Source: a virus (taxonomy: Duplodnaviria > Caudoviricetes). From it: a stretch of 56,621 nt of DNA. The notes under the pieces were generated by a model. It saw only the letters and a program-made list of their open reading frames with translations, ran no database searches and was not told the origin of the DNA. Every line of letters begins with the position of its first letter. Position 1 is the first letter of the stretch. Position numbers and translations under genes: made by a program. This document shows, piece after piece, positions 9,908-19,795 of the stretch. Where the stretch lies: the IMG/VR virus record IMGVR_UViG_3300030451_004511, positions 1-56,621 of that record; one strand, given 5' to 3'.

Positions 9908-11911
9908 TTAACCTTTCTTCTTCTCTTCAGCTTGAGGGTTTAGATCAGGGATTTTTAAAGCTCCATTCTCTTGTTCTAATAATCTAGTTATCACACCAAA
10001 TTGATTTATTAGTTCAGCAGGGAATACACTATATTCGGTTTCTTCACCTGGATTTACACTATTTACAAACACAACCTCAACTTTTTGACCCTCAGCGTTT
10101 CTTCTTACACGCAGATTGTCAAAAATACCAACAGAAGGATCTATAGTATTTCTAGCTATTATGTCACCAAACCAATCTTTTAGATTGCCAGAGTCTTGCC
10201 CTAAAATAAATAAAGATTGACCTATAATTTGTTTAGCTTCAGCTATAGCTCTAGGTCTATCTTCGGGTAGTAATCTTTTAGTGTTTGTAAGAAAAAGACT
10301 AAAAAACTTTCGCAGTTCTATTTTTGTTTTTGGATTAAGTTTTTTAATGTAGTTCCCTGACTTGTCATCTACAAAAGACTTTCTTAGGTCATCCGCAGCC
10401 GCTCTAACTGGTTCAAAAAATTCAGTTTGTAAAGCAGTACCCATGGTTGCGTAAGAACTTTGAATAGCCGCTTGATCTCTTTGTATGCCAGAAACACCAC
10501 TCGCTGTTAGTTGAGGGTCACCACGTAGGAATGTATTTGTTAAAGAATTATATACATTTAATTTATCAGTAATAGAACCGCTAGGGCCATTAACTGCAAA
10601 AGCAATTACAGCTGCAGCTTTCAATCCGTCTACTTGTGATATCTTTCCTTGTTCTACAGCTTGTCCTAAGTCGTTTGCTGAATTTATATTTTGATCTTTT
10701 AAAAGATTTTGTATTTTTGTGTAATCCTCTTCAGGTAGTTTTTCTAAGACGGATTGATTGTCAGTGAACCACTGTCTTGCGTCTTCAATATTATCTGGCA
10801 ACGCAGGAATAGTTTCTATTTGTGATGGTGGTTCTGTTGTTTCACCTTGTGTTCCTCCTGTAACCGGTTGTTGTGGGGAAGCTAGTTTTGCAAAGTCGGT
10901 TAAGAAAGCACGACGCGCATTAGTTTTTCCCAATGGAGAAGTTTTAAATTTAGGGTCTAAATAACCTAAAGCAACTAACTGATCATCAGTAACAAGTTCT
11001 TTTGATGTTCTATATGCATCACCTATAGCTCCCGTTATGTTACCTCCTTTGTCGGTTATGTTTTTAAGTTTTTCCACTTCCTCGGGAGACATACCCAACT
11101 GGTTAAGGTCTGTAGGAGCTTGGAAATCACTCGCTGAATACATGTTCCTTTTACCTTTTTCAGTTTTTGGTTGATCTTCTTTAAAAAATTGTCCCTCTTT
11201 AGCCATTTGTCTTTGTTCAACTGCACTTGGGCTAAAATCTGGGTCTCTACCCGAAGGCTCAGAATCAATTGCTGCTTTTTCTTCTGGAGGACGGTTTTTA
11301 TTTAAAATTTCATTTATCTCCCCTAATCCATCTGTTGCATTTTCAGGAGCTAGATTTGTGTCGCTCAGCATATTAGTAAGAGTCTGTTCTGTTGCAGACC
11401 CAATCGCTGCCCCAACTAACCCACCTTTTTGGATAAGGTTTCTAGCCTGTGCTTCATAAAAGTTTTTTAAATCTTCTTTAGAAAACTGTAAAGGTTTATC
11501 ATCTGGAGATTCGCTTCTTCTTTCTGTCATTGGGGCTAGTTTTCCATCCCTTTTCCTAACATTAAAAACAAAATTATCTGTACCAGCAACGCCCGAAGGC
11601 CCAAGAATAATTCCTTTTTCTACATCACCAAATTTATTCCTAAAATTATTTGCAACAGTAGAGGTATTCATAAAGTCAACATATTGCCCCCCAATATTGG
11701 CATCATGTAATTTTTCCATACCCCCCGGAAGTAAATTACCTCTTGCGTCAAAGATTCCTTGGTTAATTAAACTAGAAATAGTATCGGCCATCTCGGCTTC
11801 ATTATTACTTCTTCTTAGCGTACGAGTCTGTTCTCGTTGGTAAGCCGCTGAATCAGCAGCCCCAATTTGGTTTGTATAGTAATTTAAAAATTGTCCGAAT
11901 TTACTTGCCAT
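9908..11911 (-). CDS. Putative internal virion/ejection protein
   Basis: 667-aa ORF in the ejection-protein block, directly upstream of the 2270-aa gene. Confidence 0.55.
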   Translation of the reverse strand: MASKFGQFLNYYTNQIGAADSAAYQREQTRTLRRSNNEAEMADTISSLINQGIFDARGNLLPGGMEKLHDANIGGQYVDFMNTSTVANNFRNKFGDVEKGIILGPSGVAGTDNFVFNVRKRDGKLAPMTERRSESPDDKPLQFSKEDLKNFYEAQARNLIQKGGLVGAAIGSATEQTLTNMLSDTNLAPENATDGLGEINEILNKNRPPEEKAAIDSEPSGRDPDFSPSAVEQRQMAKEGQFFKEDQPKTEKGKRNMYSASDFQAPTDLNQLGMSPEEVEKLKNITDKGGNITGAIGDAYRTSKELVTDDQLVALGYLDPKFKTSPLGKTNARRAFLTDFAKLASPQQPVTGGTQGETTEPPSQIETIPALPDNIEDARQWFTDNQSVLEKLPEEDYTKIQNLLKDQNINSANDLGQAVEQGKISQVDGLKAAAVIAFAVNGPSGSITDKLNVYNSLTNTFLRGDPQLTASGVSGIQRDQAAIQSSYATMGTALQTEFFEPVRAAADDLRKSFVDDKSGNYIKKLNPKTKIELRKFFSLFLTNTKRLLPEDRPRAIAEAKQIIGQSLFILGQDSGNLKDWFGDIIARNTIDPSVGIFDNLRVRRNAEGQKVEVVFVNSVNPGEETEYSVFPAELINQFGVITRLLEQENGALKIPDLNPQAEEKKKG

Positions 11912-11913
11912 AA

Positions 11914-12483
11914 TTATAATGCGAAAGCCATGATTGCTGCACTAGCTAGTCCGCTTCCTAATCCTATCATATTTGATTTATGCTGTGCTTTTGCATTTTT
12001 ATAAGCAGCAGCTCTATTTGCTGCCATAGAAGAAGCCTCTCCCAAACCTTGCAACGCACTTCTGTTAACACCTTGTCCGATATTAATTAAATCAGCAAGA
12101 GTTCTTTGGTTGATTTCTCTTTGTTGAATAAGAGCATTATTAGACACACCAGCAAGGTTAAGTTGTCCACCCCTTTGTAAAGCTCGTAATTGTTCTTGTC
12201 TTTGAGCTTCACTTAAACCCGCACCACCATATCTCTCAATATTTCTTTGTTGTACTTCGCTAGCAATTTGATTTTGTTTAAGGGCATCTTCTCTTGCTTG
12301 TTCTGTTAAAGAAGTATCATCTTTAGCAGAGATAAGCCTTTCTTCAAAGTCACGAAAATCTGCTAAGTAGTTTTCGTAGTCTTGCCGACTAATATCAGCA
12401 TAGACTTTTTCAGGATCTTTTACTTCAGGAAGACTACTGACACTTCTTGTTTGTGGCATTTGCCCTATTCTTGGTTCAGCCAT
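11914..12483 (-). CDS. Putative internal virion protein
   Basis: Gln/Ala-rich helical protein with a hydrophobic C-terminus; synteny. Confidence 0.55.
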   Translation of the reverse strand: MAEPRIGQMPQTRSVSSLPEVKDPEKVYADISRQDYENYLADFRDFEERLISAKDDTSLTEQAREDALKQNQIASEVQQRNIERYGGAGLSEAQRQEQLRALQRGGQLNLAGVSNNALIQQREINQRTLADLINIGQGVNRSALQGLGEASSMAANRAAAYKNAKAQHKSNMIGLGSGLASAAIMAFAL

Positions 12484-13118
12484 TATGCAAAGCTCCCTTT
12501 ATTTGAATTATCATCTGGTGATTGGCCCCCGGGAGTATAAGGCCTAAAGAATCTACTAAAGAACCCAGCATCATTAGCATCAGATTGTGCGTTGTCTGTA
12601 TCGTAAGTAGCCATATTCTTTCGACCCTGTGCAAGTAAAGCGCCCCCTATTTGTTCAGCAGCATTAAATTTAGCTTGCCTTACCATTTGTTTAGCACGGG
12701 CTGCTTCTAGTTGTTTTGTACTTTGGATCTTTGCAGCTTTAGCTAAACCAGATTGAGCATCAGCAGCTTGACCTCTTGCAGTTCCTAGAACCCCAATTTG
12801 TCTTTCTCTTTGTGCAGCTAATGCTTGTCCTGATCCCTGCAACTGTTGTGATGCAGCAGCAGAAGCTAAATCAGCAGCTTGATCTATAGAACGTGTTCCT
12901 GCTAAAGTTGGAGTAGAGCTTAAAGCCTGCATAGTATCTGCTTGAGCTGTACCACGTCCTAAACTACCAAGGTCTTCCTTTTCAGAAAGATCTCGCATTT
13001 CTCGTAATAACGGACCATAAGTCTGATCAAAGTATTGTTTTTCAGCCTGACTTACAGCAGCAGAAGTTTTTTCTTGTTCAGAAGCTTGATACTCTTGTTT
13101 TTTTGGTTTTGAACTCAT
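12483..13118 (-). CDS. Putative internal virion protein
   Basis: Ala/Gln-rich; coupled start/stop overlaps; synteny. Confidence 0.55.
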   Translation of the reverse strand: MSSKPKKQEYQASEQEKTSAAVSQAEKQYFDQTYGPLLREMRDLSEKEDLGSLGRGTAQADTMQALSSTPTLAGTRSIDQAADLASAAASQQLQGSGQALAAQRERQIGVLGTARGQAADAQSGLAKAAKIQSTKQLEAARAKQMVRQAKFNAAEQIGGALLAQGRKNMATYDTDNAQSDANDAGFFSRFFRPYTPGGQSPDDNSNKGSFA

Positions 13119-13558
13119 AATTCTCTTTTATAAACATAACTTGTTAATTCAAATCCGTGCTTCCGTGCAATTCTTTCCCATCCTGGGCGACTTGTGTGAA
13201 ACTCTAAGGTCTTCACATTTTTTTCTAGGGCTATTTTATCTAAGAAAGTAAACCCTACGTCTCTATAATTATACTCTGGTTTTTGATAACTTGCCCAGAT
13301 AAATAGCGTAGGTTCGCCGCCTGGGTCTGAGATTAACGAGCAGATAATAAAACCAACATACTTATCAGCTTCATAAAACATGTACAAAGTTGCATGTTTA
13401 TTGCGTAATGCTAAGTATATATCTGCTGGTATCCAGTCAGAGTAACTCTTCTTTCTTATAACATGTAAATCAGATTCGATTCTTTCATAAGCATATCGAA
13501 TCTCATCTACAGGTATTTCTTCAATTGAGATCCCATTAATAGTCGATCTCTGAACCAT
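13115..13558 (-). CDS. GNAT-like tail-region protein
   Basis: C-terminal TLEFHTSRPGWERIARKHGF resembles GNAT-like proteins in podovirus tail operons; true start may be slightly downstream. Confidence 0.5.
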   Translation of the reverse strand: MVQRSTINGISIEEIPVDEIRYAYERIESDLHVIRKKSYSDWIPADIYLALRNKHATLYMFYEADKYVGFIICSLISDPGGEPTLFIWASYQKPEYNYRDVGFTFLDKIALEKNVKTLEFHTSRPGWERIARKHGFELTSYVYKREL

Positions 13559-14219
13559 ATCTCTTATACCTCTTACGCGGAGACAATCCTGTTCCTCGGT
13601 ATTTAACTAATCTACGTACACCTAAATCTCCGGCACGTGCTCTTTGTTCTGCTTGTGTTACTTCTTGATTAAATAAACTTAAGTAATCTCCAGCAGCTTG
13701 TGGATCAGACCAGTCCCTTCTTGGGATTCTAAGTAGTCTGTACAAAGCGCCATAAATGATCCCATCTCTGTAATCATTTGAAAAATCAGTACTGATATTA
13801 TTTGAAGTTCTACTTGGTTTTAACGCAACACTAAGCTGTAAACCATTGGTTATGGTTGATCCAGGAACCGGCACAACCCAAAAGGTATCCGGACTTTTTT
13901 GTAAGTAAACCTGTGGTAATGCAGTTTTGTTTCTCCAATCGGGATAATTTAATTCTAGACTTCTTGGACTTGTTGGATCTAAATCATCACCATCATAAGT
14001 CATCCAAAGTATTTGATGTACATCCGTTCCTGTTGGTTGATCAAACTCATACTCATAAACACCACTTATAGTAGTAATAGGGTCTAAGTCATAAACGTAT
14101 GCTTTTGATCTTTCACAAAGTTCAATGGTTGCTGATCTTAAATTAGATTCAATTAAAGTATCAGGACAGTTAGGTACGTAAGGTAGAACCTCTTTTACTA
14201 ATGAACTAAAACTTGCCAT
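13536..14219 (-). CDS. Head-tail adaptor/connector protein
   Basis: 227 aa; PYVPNCPD..IE..LR.A.IE.C motif and helical C-terminus; follows the capsid gene. Confidence 0.55.
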   Translation of the reverse strand: MASFSSLVKEVLPYVPNCPDTLIESNLRSATIELCERSKAYVYDLDPITTISGVYEYEFDQPTGTDVHQILWMTYDGDDLDPTSPRSLELNYPDWRNKTALPQVYLQKSPDTFWVVPVPGSTITNGLQLSVALKPSRTSNNISTDFSNDYRDGIIYGALYRLLRIPRRDWSDPQAAGDYLSLFNQEVTQAEQRARAGDLGVRRLVKYRGTGLSPRKRYKRYGSEIDY

Positions 14220-14220
14220 A

Positions 14221-14937
14221 TTACGCTCCTACCTGTGGGGCTACTGTAGGCCCTGCATTTCTATCTGCATTTGGATCTAAGAAGGCTTCTGCGGATCCAC
14301 CAGCACCTAAGCTATTTAAAAACAGTTGATAATGTGATCCTGCTCTTTGTTGATTACCTGCATACTCTGCATCTTTTAAATAAGACCGATACAAAACAAA
14401 ATTTAAAATAGCATTCCCGTAAGTATCTTCAATATCTATAGTGCTTGATACAGCAGATAAATTAGTTGGTAATTTAGAATATATTAATTCTACGTATGCA
14501 CTAGAACCAGATTTAACTCCAGGATATACATAAAACTTTTTAGGGTCATCCCCATCAAATATATAGTTTTTAATTACAGAGCCATGGGCTGATGCGCCTG
14601 TAACTGTAGGGTCATGCCAATCCGGTTCAATAGAATTTAATAAATCTTCTTCTACAATCCGTATTGATTTACTCCCTGTAGCATCAGCTGCAGAGCCTGA
14701 CATATTACGAGTTATTTTAATAAGACGAAGTCCGCCGGAAGGCAACGTTTGTTCCGTTCCAGCTGCTAACAAAACATTTGCATGAGTTGCTGTAGCTTCA
14801 GGTTTTATGTTGACTATTTCTCTTTGACTATCGTTTATATAATCTAAAAGTTCTGCGTCAGTCCAACGAACACCGGAGCTATCTTGTAATACATATCTAG
14901 CCCTATCAATTATGTTGGTGCCCGTAAGTGTTCCCAT
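14221..14937 (-). CDS. Head-tail adaptor protein
   Basis: LQDxxxxRWTxxELLxYIND N-terminus; YRSYLKDAEY C-terminus. Confidence 0.6.
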   Translation of the reverse strand: MGTLTGTNIIDRARYVLQDSSGVRWTDAELLDYINDSQREIVNIKPEATATHANVLLAAGTEQTLPSGGLRLIKITRNMSGSAADATGSKSIRIVEEDLLNSIEPDWHDPTVTGASAHGSVIKNYIFDGDDPKKFYVYPGVKSGSSAYVELIYSKLPTNLSAVSSTIDIEDTYGNAILNFVLYRSYLKDAEYAGNQQRAGSHYQLFLNSLGAGGSAEAFLDPNADRNAGPTVAPQVGA

Positions 14938-15197
14938 TATTTACTTTTCTTAGTTGTTGTCTTTTTCTTGACTACTTTTTTAGTTGTAGGTTTTACTTCT
15001 TCCTTGACTTCAACCTCTATTTTATTAATAGGTTCGCTTGGTCTTTTTTCTTTGATGGTTTCTACACGTCTACAACCTTCTTGTAAACAAACCAAACCAA
15101 GGTCTTCACCTACTTCTTTTGGTACACCGGCTTGTAGTCTGATACCAGCGCCCCAAGTTGTTGAGATATATTTATCCTCATCTGAAACTATAAACAT
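14937..15197 (-). CDS. Small hypothetical virion-operon protein with a Lys-rich tail
   Basis: 86 aa; GGAG SD; lies after the capsid terminator. Confidence 0.6.
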   Translation of the reverse strand: MFIVSDEDKYISTTWGAGIRLQAGVPKEVGEDLGLVCLQEGCRRVETIKEKRPSEPINKIEVEVKEEVKPTTKKVVKKKTTTKKSK

Positions 15198-15210
15198 TTT
15201 TTACTCCTAT

Positions 15211-15246
15211 AAAAAAAGTTGGGTGGTTCGATATTGAACCACCCAA
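15211..15246 (-). terminator. Intrinsic terminator after the major capsid gene
   Basis: 11-bp stem TTGGGTGGTTC/GAACCACCCAA followed by T7 on the minus strand. Confidence 0.85.
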
Positions 15247-15256
15247 GGATACATAC

Positions 15257-16402
15257 TTAGTATGCAACATCCAATCTAATGACACCAAAGTCTTCAACGC
15301 TACCGTTGTAGTCGCTGTTGTACTTAGGTTTCTTAAGACCGAAGATCTTACCAATAGAGATACCATTTTGGTTCCCGTAGTCGAAGGTGTCTTCAACAAT
15401 TTCAGGAAGTCCGATATCAGCCATAGCAAGGGCTTGTGCTCCACAGAATAAACAAGCAGAACCGTTGACATCAGCGTCAGCGCCCCACTTATATCCAGCA
15501 GAACCGGCATTTGCAGATGTTCCAGTAGTTGCATTAGCAGTGTTAAACACGTGTCTGAACTCATGGACCATTACTCCATCAACCATTAAGCTTGAAGAAC
15601 CTGAGAACAATGATGAATTTGGTCCTCTGATTCCAGCCTGCCTTACGTTAGCAAGGAAGTCTGAGTCAAGTTTAAGGTCAGCCATTACTTGAGGTGATAC
15701 AAACAAGTGGTATACCTCTTCTCCGCCTGCTCCTCTAACGCCTCTGATGTAGTTATCTTTAGCGTAAGCTTTTAGAGCAACGATACATTCGTAAGTAATT
15801 GTATCTGCAGCTGCAACAGCAGTTATATCTCCAGCTACAAGTTTACTAGTTGCATCCCATCTTCTATGTCTGTTAGAAGTTGGTGCGGTTACATCACTAC
15901 CAAAAGTGAGGTCACCAAGGTTCTGTCCTGAATTTAGAACAGATCTTAATGCACCACTATTTTTTAGTGTGTAGTTAATACCAGAAAGCGTTAAAAACGC
16001 TAATTGGTCGATACGATCAGCCATTGCATACGCAAGAGCGTCTCTTGAGTGCTCACGGAAATTTACAACTGATTTTTGATCAGCTAATCTACCAGCTAGT
16101 CTATTAGCAAATCTCAATTGATCAAGTTGTACAACGATGTCGTAGGCTCTTAAAGTCTCTTCATTACCTTCGAGAGTGTTGTCCCCAACAATACCGTCAC
16201 CAGTCATGTCGGCAAGAAGTGTTAAAACAGCTCTTGCTCCCTTTTCTGATTGGGTAAGCTCAGATATTCTCTGAACCATAGCGTTAGGTCCGCTACCCGC
16301 GAATTGGTTAATGAAGGACATGTTCCTAGCAACACGCCAAAAATCACGCGACCAGATAGTAAGCTGTTCACTGGTCAGTGATGAAAAGTTTGTGTTAGCC
16401 AT
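15257..16402 (-). CDS. Major capsid protein, N4-gp56/DUF4043-like
   Basis: Start MANTNF with GGAGG SD; GDGIVGDNTLEGNEE..., GAQAL, DYGNQNG, DFGVI motifs. Confidence 0.85.
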   Translation of the reverse strand: MANTNFSSLTSEQLTIWSRDFWRVARNMSFINQFAGSGPNAMVQRISELTQSEKGARAVLTLLADMTGDGIVGDNTLEGNEETLRAYDIVVQLDQLRFANRLAGRLADQKSVVNFREHSRDALAYAMADRIDQLAFLTLSGINYTLKNSGALRSVLNSGQNLGDLTFGSDVTAPTSNRHRRWDATSKLVAGDITAVAAADTITYECIVALKAYAKDNYIRGVRGAGGEEVYHLFVSPQVMADLKLDSDFLANVRQAGIRGPNSSLFSGSSSLMVDGVMVHEFRHVFNTANATTGTSANAGSAGYKWGADADVNGSACLFCGAQALAMADIGLPEIVEDTFDYGNQNGISIGKIFGLKKPKYNSDYNGSVEDFGVIRLDVAY

Positions 16403-16439
16403 TGTGGCGTCCTCCAAAAAGTTAAAAGTTAAACTAACC

Positions 16440-16590
16440 AGTCGCTTTTCTGGGCCGACTATTTACCCGTATACCCTTTATCGTTGGGAAACGTTTTCGT
16501 GTTTAGGGCACGACCCCAGTCAGATTTACGCCATGACAGGCGAAAACGTTGTTTTAGCAGAACGACCTGCGCCAAATATCGTATTGGCGG
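16440..16590 (-). ncRNA. Structured 5' leader of the capsid mRNA (candidate cis-regulatory RNA)
   Basis: 10-bp stem 16490-16499/16541-16550 enclosing two hairpins, plus four flanking hairpins with recurring loops. Confidence 0.5.
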
Positions 16591-16604
16591 ACGAACTCTT
16601 ATAT

Positions 16605-16613
16605 GTTATACCA
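16605..16613 (-). promoter_or_regulatory. Extended -10-like element upstream of the capsid leader
   Basis: TGGTATAAC on the minus strand. Confidence 0.4.
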
Positions 16614-16614
16614 A

Positions 16615-17685
16615 CTATGTACCAAAGTCACCACGCATTCTTCGCAAAGTTTCCTCTGGTAATGCGCTAAATTCGTCGTCGGATAACGTATTTAAATCTA
16701 TTTTCTTGTCACCTTTAGCAGACTCACCCTTCATAGCAGGTGGTTGAGAGTCAGCAGCTTCTAACTTTTTATTAATGTTTGCTACTTTCTTTTTCTCAAC
16801 TACTTTATCGTCTACTTTTTGTGTTGGTTGTTCAATTTTAACTGTAGGGTTTAACAATTCAGGTTTTTTGGCTGCTAAAGTGTAATTAGTAGCTTTTTCT
16901 AGAGCATCTGAACCAGAAAAACCCTGCACCATAAACGCATCACGCAAATCTAAAACTTCTTGAGTCAAATCTGCGTCAAAATTAGCGCTATTTTCATCTA
17001 AAATAGGATATTGCGCTTGAATTTCGTTTGCTTTTGCTTGTAAGGCAGTCATTTCTTGGCTTTGTTGCACTGTTTGACCCATTTTTTGTTGTACTTCGAA
17101 CATGAACTGGTCTTTTTCAGCGTTTCTTATCTCATTTCTAAGCTCTACAGCCTTTTCTGCCTCTCCATTAAGTACTAACTCTTGGTATTCTGCTTCTTTT
17201 TCAGCAAAATTGTACTGTGGAGCATCTTTTGCAGCTTCTTCTTTAGCTTGTTTAGCCTCATCTAGTTGTTTTTGTAATGCTTTTTGTTTTGCAAGCACTT
17301 CATCAAGCCTAGACTTAGGTACCATAGGAGCTTTTGGCTCTTCTACTTCTTCGGTAACGACTTGATCGCTGTTTTCAGTTGGCTGAAGATCTGGTTGTGC
17401 ATCTCCTTCGCTGTTTTCATCCACGCCTTCTTCACTAGAAGCTTCTGGCTCTGGAGTTGTTTCTGTTTCCTCTTCTGTGTCAGTTTCTTCTTCAACAACC
17501 TCTTCTGTTGTAGGGGTGTCATTCTCTTCCGTGACTTCTTCATTTTGAGATTCCTCCTCTGTTTCTTCTTCCTCTACAGTTTCAAAGTTAAGGTCTACTT
17601 CAAACTTAGTATCCTCTTCCTTAAGTGGTTCACCGCCTGGCATTGCCTCCATCACGATGTCATTAGTTTCTTCTTTCTTCGCCAT
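16615..17685 (-). CDS. Capsid scaffolding protein
   Basis: Acidic N-terminus, MVPKSRLDEV motif, coiled coil; lies between portal and capsid genes. Confidence 0.75.
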   Translation of the reverse strand: MAKKEETNDIVMEAMPGGEPLKEEDTKFEVDLNFETVEEEETEEESQNEEVTEENDTPTTEEVVEEETDTEEETETTPEPEASSEEGVDENSEGDAQPDLQPTENSDQVVTEEVEEPKAPMVPKSRLDEVLAKQKALQKQLDEAKQAKEEAAKDAPQYNFAEKEAEYQELVLNGEAEKAVELRNEIRNAEKDQFMFEVQQKMGQTVQQSQEMTALQAKANEIQAQYPILDENSANFDADLTQEVLDLRDAFMVQGFSGSDALEKATNYTLAAKKPELLNPTVKIEQPTQKVDDKVVEKKKVANINKKLEAADSQPPAMKGESAKGDKKIDLNTLSDDEFSALPEETLRRMRGDFGT

Positions 17686-17686
17686 A

Positions 17687-19795
17687 TTAATTACCTCCTT
17701 GGTTTGGTTTCATGGCAGCTGAAGCTAATTTAGCAGCAGCTTGAGTTTCTGTTTGACCTTTCCTCATGTCATTTGTCATAGAAGAAAGCCTTTCACGTAA
17801 ATCTAGTTCTTCACGCTTCATTTGAAGTTTGCTTTGTAGTTCAGCTACTTTCATTTGTGGTTCAGTAGCTTCACCTTGTGCTTTAGCCATACTTAATTGT
17901 GTAGAAGCTTGTAAGTTTTGTACTTCAGCTTCTAGTTTTGCAATCTCAAGTTGAGTTTGACGTATTGCAGCTTCAGCCTGGAACTGTTGTAGTTGTACTT
18001 GTTCTGGGGTTGGAGGTGCTGTACCTTCAATTTGTCTAATTCTATCTGCCACCATAGCTTTCTTAGCTAAGTGTGAGTATTCAACAATTAAATCATTTGG
18101 GATAGGTACACCTACTTTCCTTAACTCTATTGCTTCTGCAAACTGTACTTCGTCGAAGTTATCTCTTGCAGGTGCATCATTAATAACCACATCATACTCA
18201 CCGAGAGTTAGATCATTTACAATCCTACCCTCTGGAGTCATTTGATTTACAACCATTGGAACTCTTTGTTTGTACGGATCAGTCTCATCCGTAATTTGTA
18301 TGATACGTTCTTCTGTGTAATAACTTTGTACTAAATTTAAAATTTTCTCTGCTAAATAATGCCTTGTCTTTTTCAAGTTATCTAAAGGCACTTGAATCAT
18401 TAACACCCCGCGATTCTGTTTTGCTTGAATGGCAATACCAGAAACTTCAGGGCTATCTGTCCCCAACATAGCATCAGAGATACCACTAATCGTTTTTATA
18501 TTTAATGCCGCTTTTTGGCTAATACGATCTAGGCCGGTGGGAATCTGGTTCGGAGGAATCTTACTAGGGGGAGTAGATCCTCTATTAAACTCGAGTACTA
18601 GCCCAGTTTCCGCACCGTGTTCTTCTAAGTCATCTGCTGTCATACCACTGAGTGATCCTGACTCAACTACCCAACCACTGTTTGCAGTTGTATTTACAAT
18701 GTGTAGTTCTTGAGATGAAATTTTGTTTAGTTGTTCTTGAGGTGAAAGTAAGTTTCTTACCATACCAAACGGTTTACCTCTTCTCCAATATGGGAAGTAA
18801 GGAACCAAAGTAAAAGAATCATAAGGGGACCAATCATCAAACAACACTACAGTATCTGCAGTTACAGTCCACCTAACTTTCTTAACTGTTTTTGTAACTA
18901 TATATAAACCAAAGTCATCCGCAAACTTTTCACGTTTACGTTTACCCCACTCATAAGGAACCTCTCTTTGGTCACCGGTAACTGGATCAGTGTAGAACAT
19001 ACACTCTTTTAATTTATAGTGTTGTCTTTCTACAACTCTGATTGATCTTACCGCCCGAGCTTCCTCTGGGTTGTTTGGATAATCACTTGCATACTCACCG
19101 CTGTAAGTATCGCCGTATCTTTCTTCTTCGTACTCGATTGAATCAGAACCTAAAGTAGATCCTACTTCAGCAATGACTCTTAATCTATCTGCTTTATCTT
19201 GCCCGTAGACTTCTTCGATGTCATCGATACTCATCCATTTGGTTTCGAATATTTCGTTCCAACTTTTCGGATCATATTCTTTTGCGTCTGGATCAATAAT
19301 AATGTCCAACGGATCTTTTTGTGTTACACGAATCTCTCCGTGAATATGATCTGAAAAATCTATACGTACATCAAACCAACCTCGATCTTGAATAAGTCCA
19401 TCAGAAAAAACTTGAGACTCAATCCAGTCAAGTTTGTTGTTGTCAGAAATTTGCATGTACAAACGTGTTAGTACGTCCGCAACTTCTTGCATACCTGCTC
19501 CACGTGGTTTGAATTGTACATCCGCACGTCGAGTACTTTGTTCACCAATTACAGTATTGATGGTTGGTAAGATTGTATTAATAGTTAGCGCGGGACGACC
19601 CTGATCATCCAATGTGGCTATATCAGCTTCGTCCCACTGCTCACCCCGGTAAAAGGCATCGCATTGTTTTGCGATCTCGATGTAATCTGTATGACCGTGG
19701 TCCCTCGCCCGTGTGTAAGATTCCCACTGTCGACGGGCGATGTTCATCTCCTCGGCTGCGTCTAGTTTCTTTTTCGGTTTGTTATACTTTGCCAT
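17687..19795 (-). CDS. Portal protein (P22-like)
   Basis: 702 aa; FYRGEQW...GRPALTIN; SGIAIQAKQ; C-terminal coiled-coil barrel. Confidence 0.88.
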   Translation of the reverse strand: MAKYNKPKKKLDAAEEMNIARRQWESYTRARDHGHTDYIEIAKQCDAFYRGEQWDEADIATLDDQGRPALTINTILPTINTVIGEQSTRRADVQFKPRGAGMQEVADVLTRLYMQISDNNKLDWIESQVFSDGLIQDRGWFDVRIDFSDHIHGEIRVTQKDPLDIIIDPDAKEYDPKSWNEIFETKWMSIDDIEEVYGQDKADRLRVIAEVGSTLGSDSIEYEEERYGDTYSGEYASDYPNNPEEARAVRSIRVVERQHYKLKECMFYTDPVTGDQREVPYEWGKRKREKFADDFGLYIVTKTVKKVRWTVTADTVVLFDDWSPYDSFTLVPYFPYWRRGKPFGMVRNLLSPQEQLNKISSQELHIVNTTANSGWVVESGSLSGMTADDLEEHGAETGLVLEFNRGSTPPSKIPPNQIPTGLDRISQKAALNIKTISGISDAMLGTDSPEVSGIAIQAKQNRGVLMIQVPLDNLKKTRHYLAEKILNLVQSYYTEERIIQITDETDPYKQRVPMVVNQMTPEGRIVNDLTLGEYDVVINDAPARDNFDEVQFAEAIELRKVGVPIPNDLIVEYSHLAKKAMVADRIRQIEGTAPPTPEQVQLQQFQAEAAIRQTQLEIAKLEAEVQNLQASTQLSMAKAQGEATEPQMKVAELQSKLQMKREELDLRERLSSMTNDMRKGQTETQAAAKLASAAMKPNQGGN

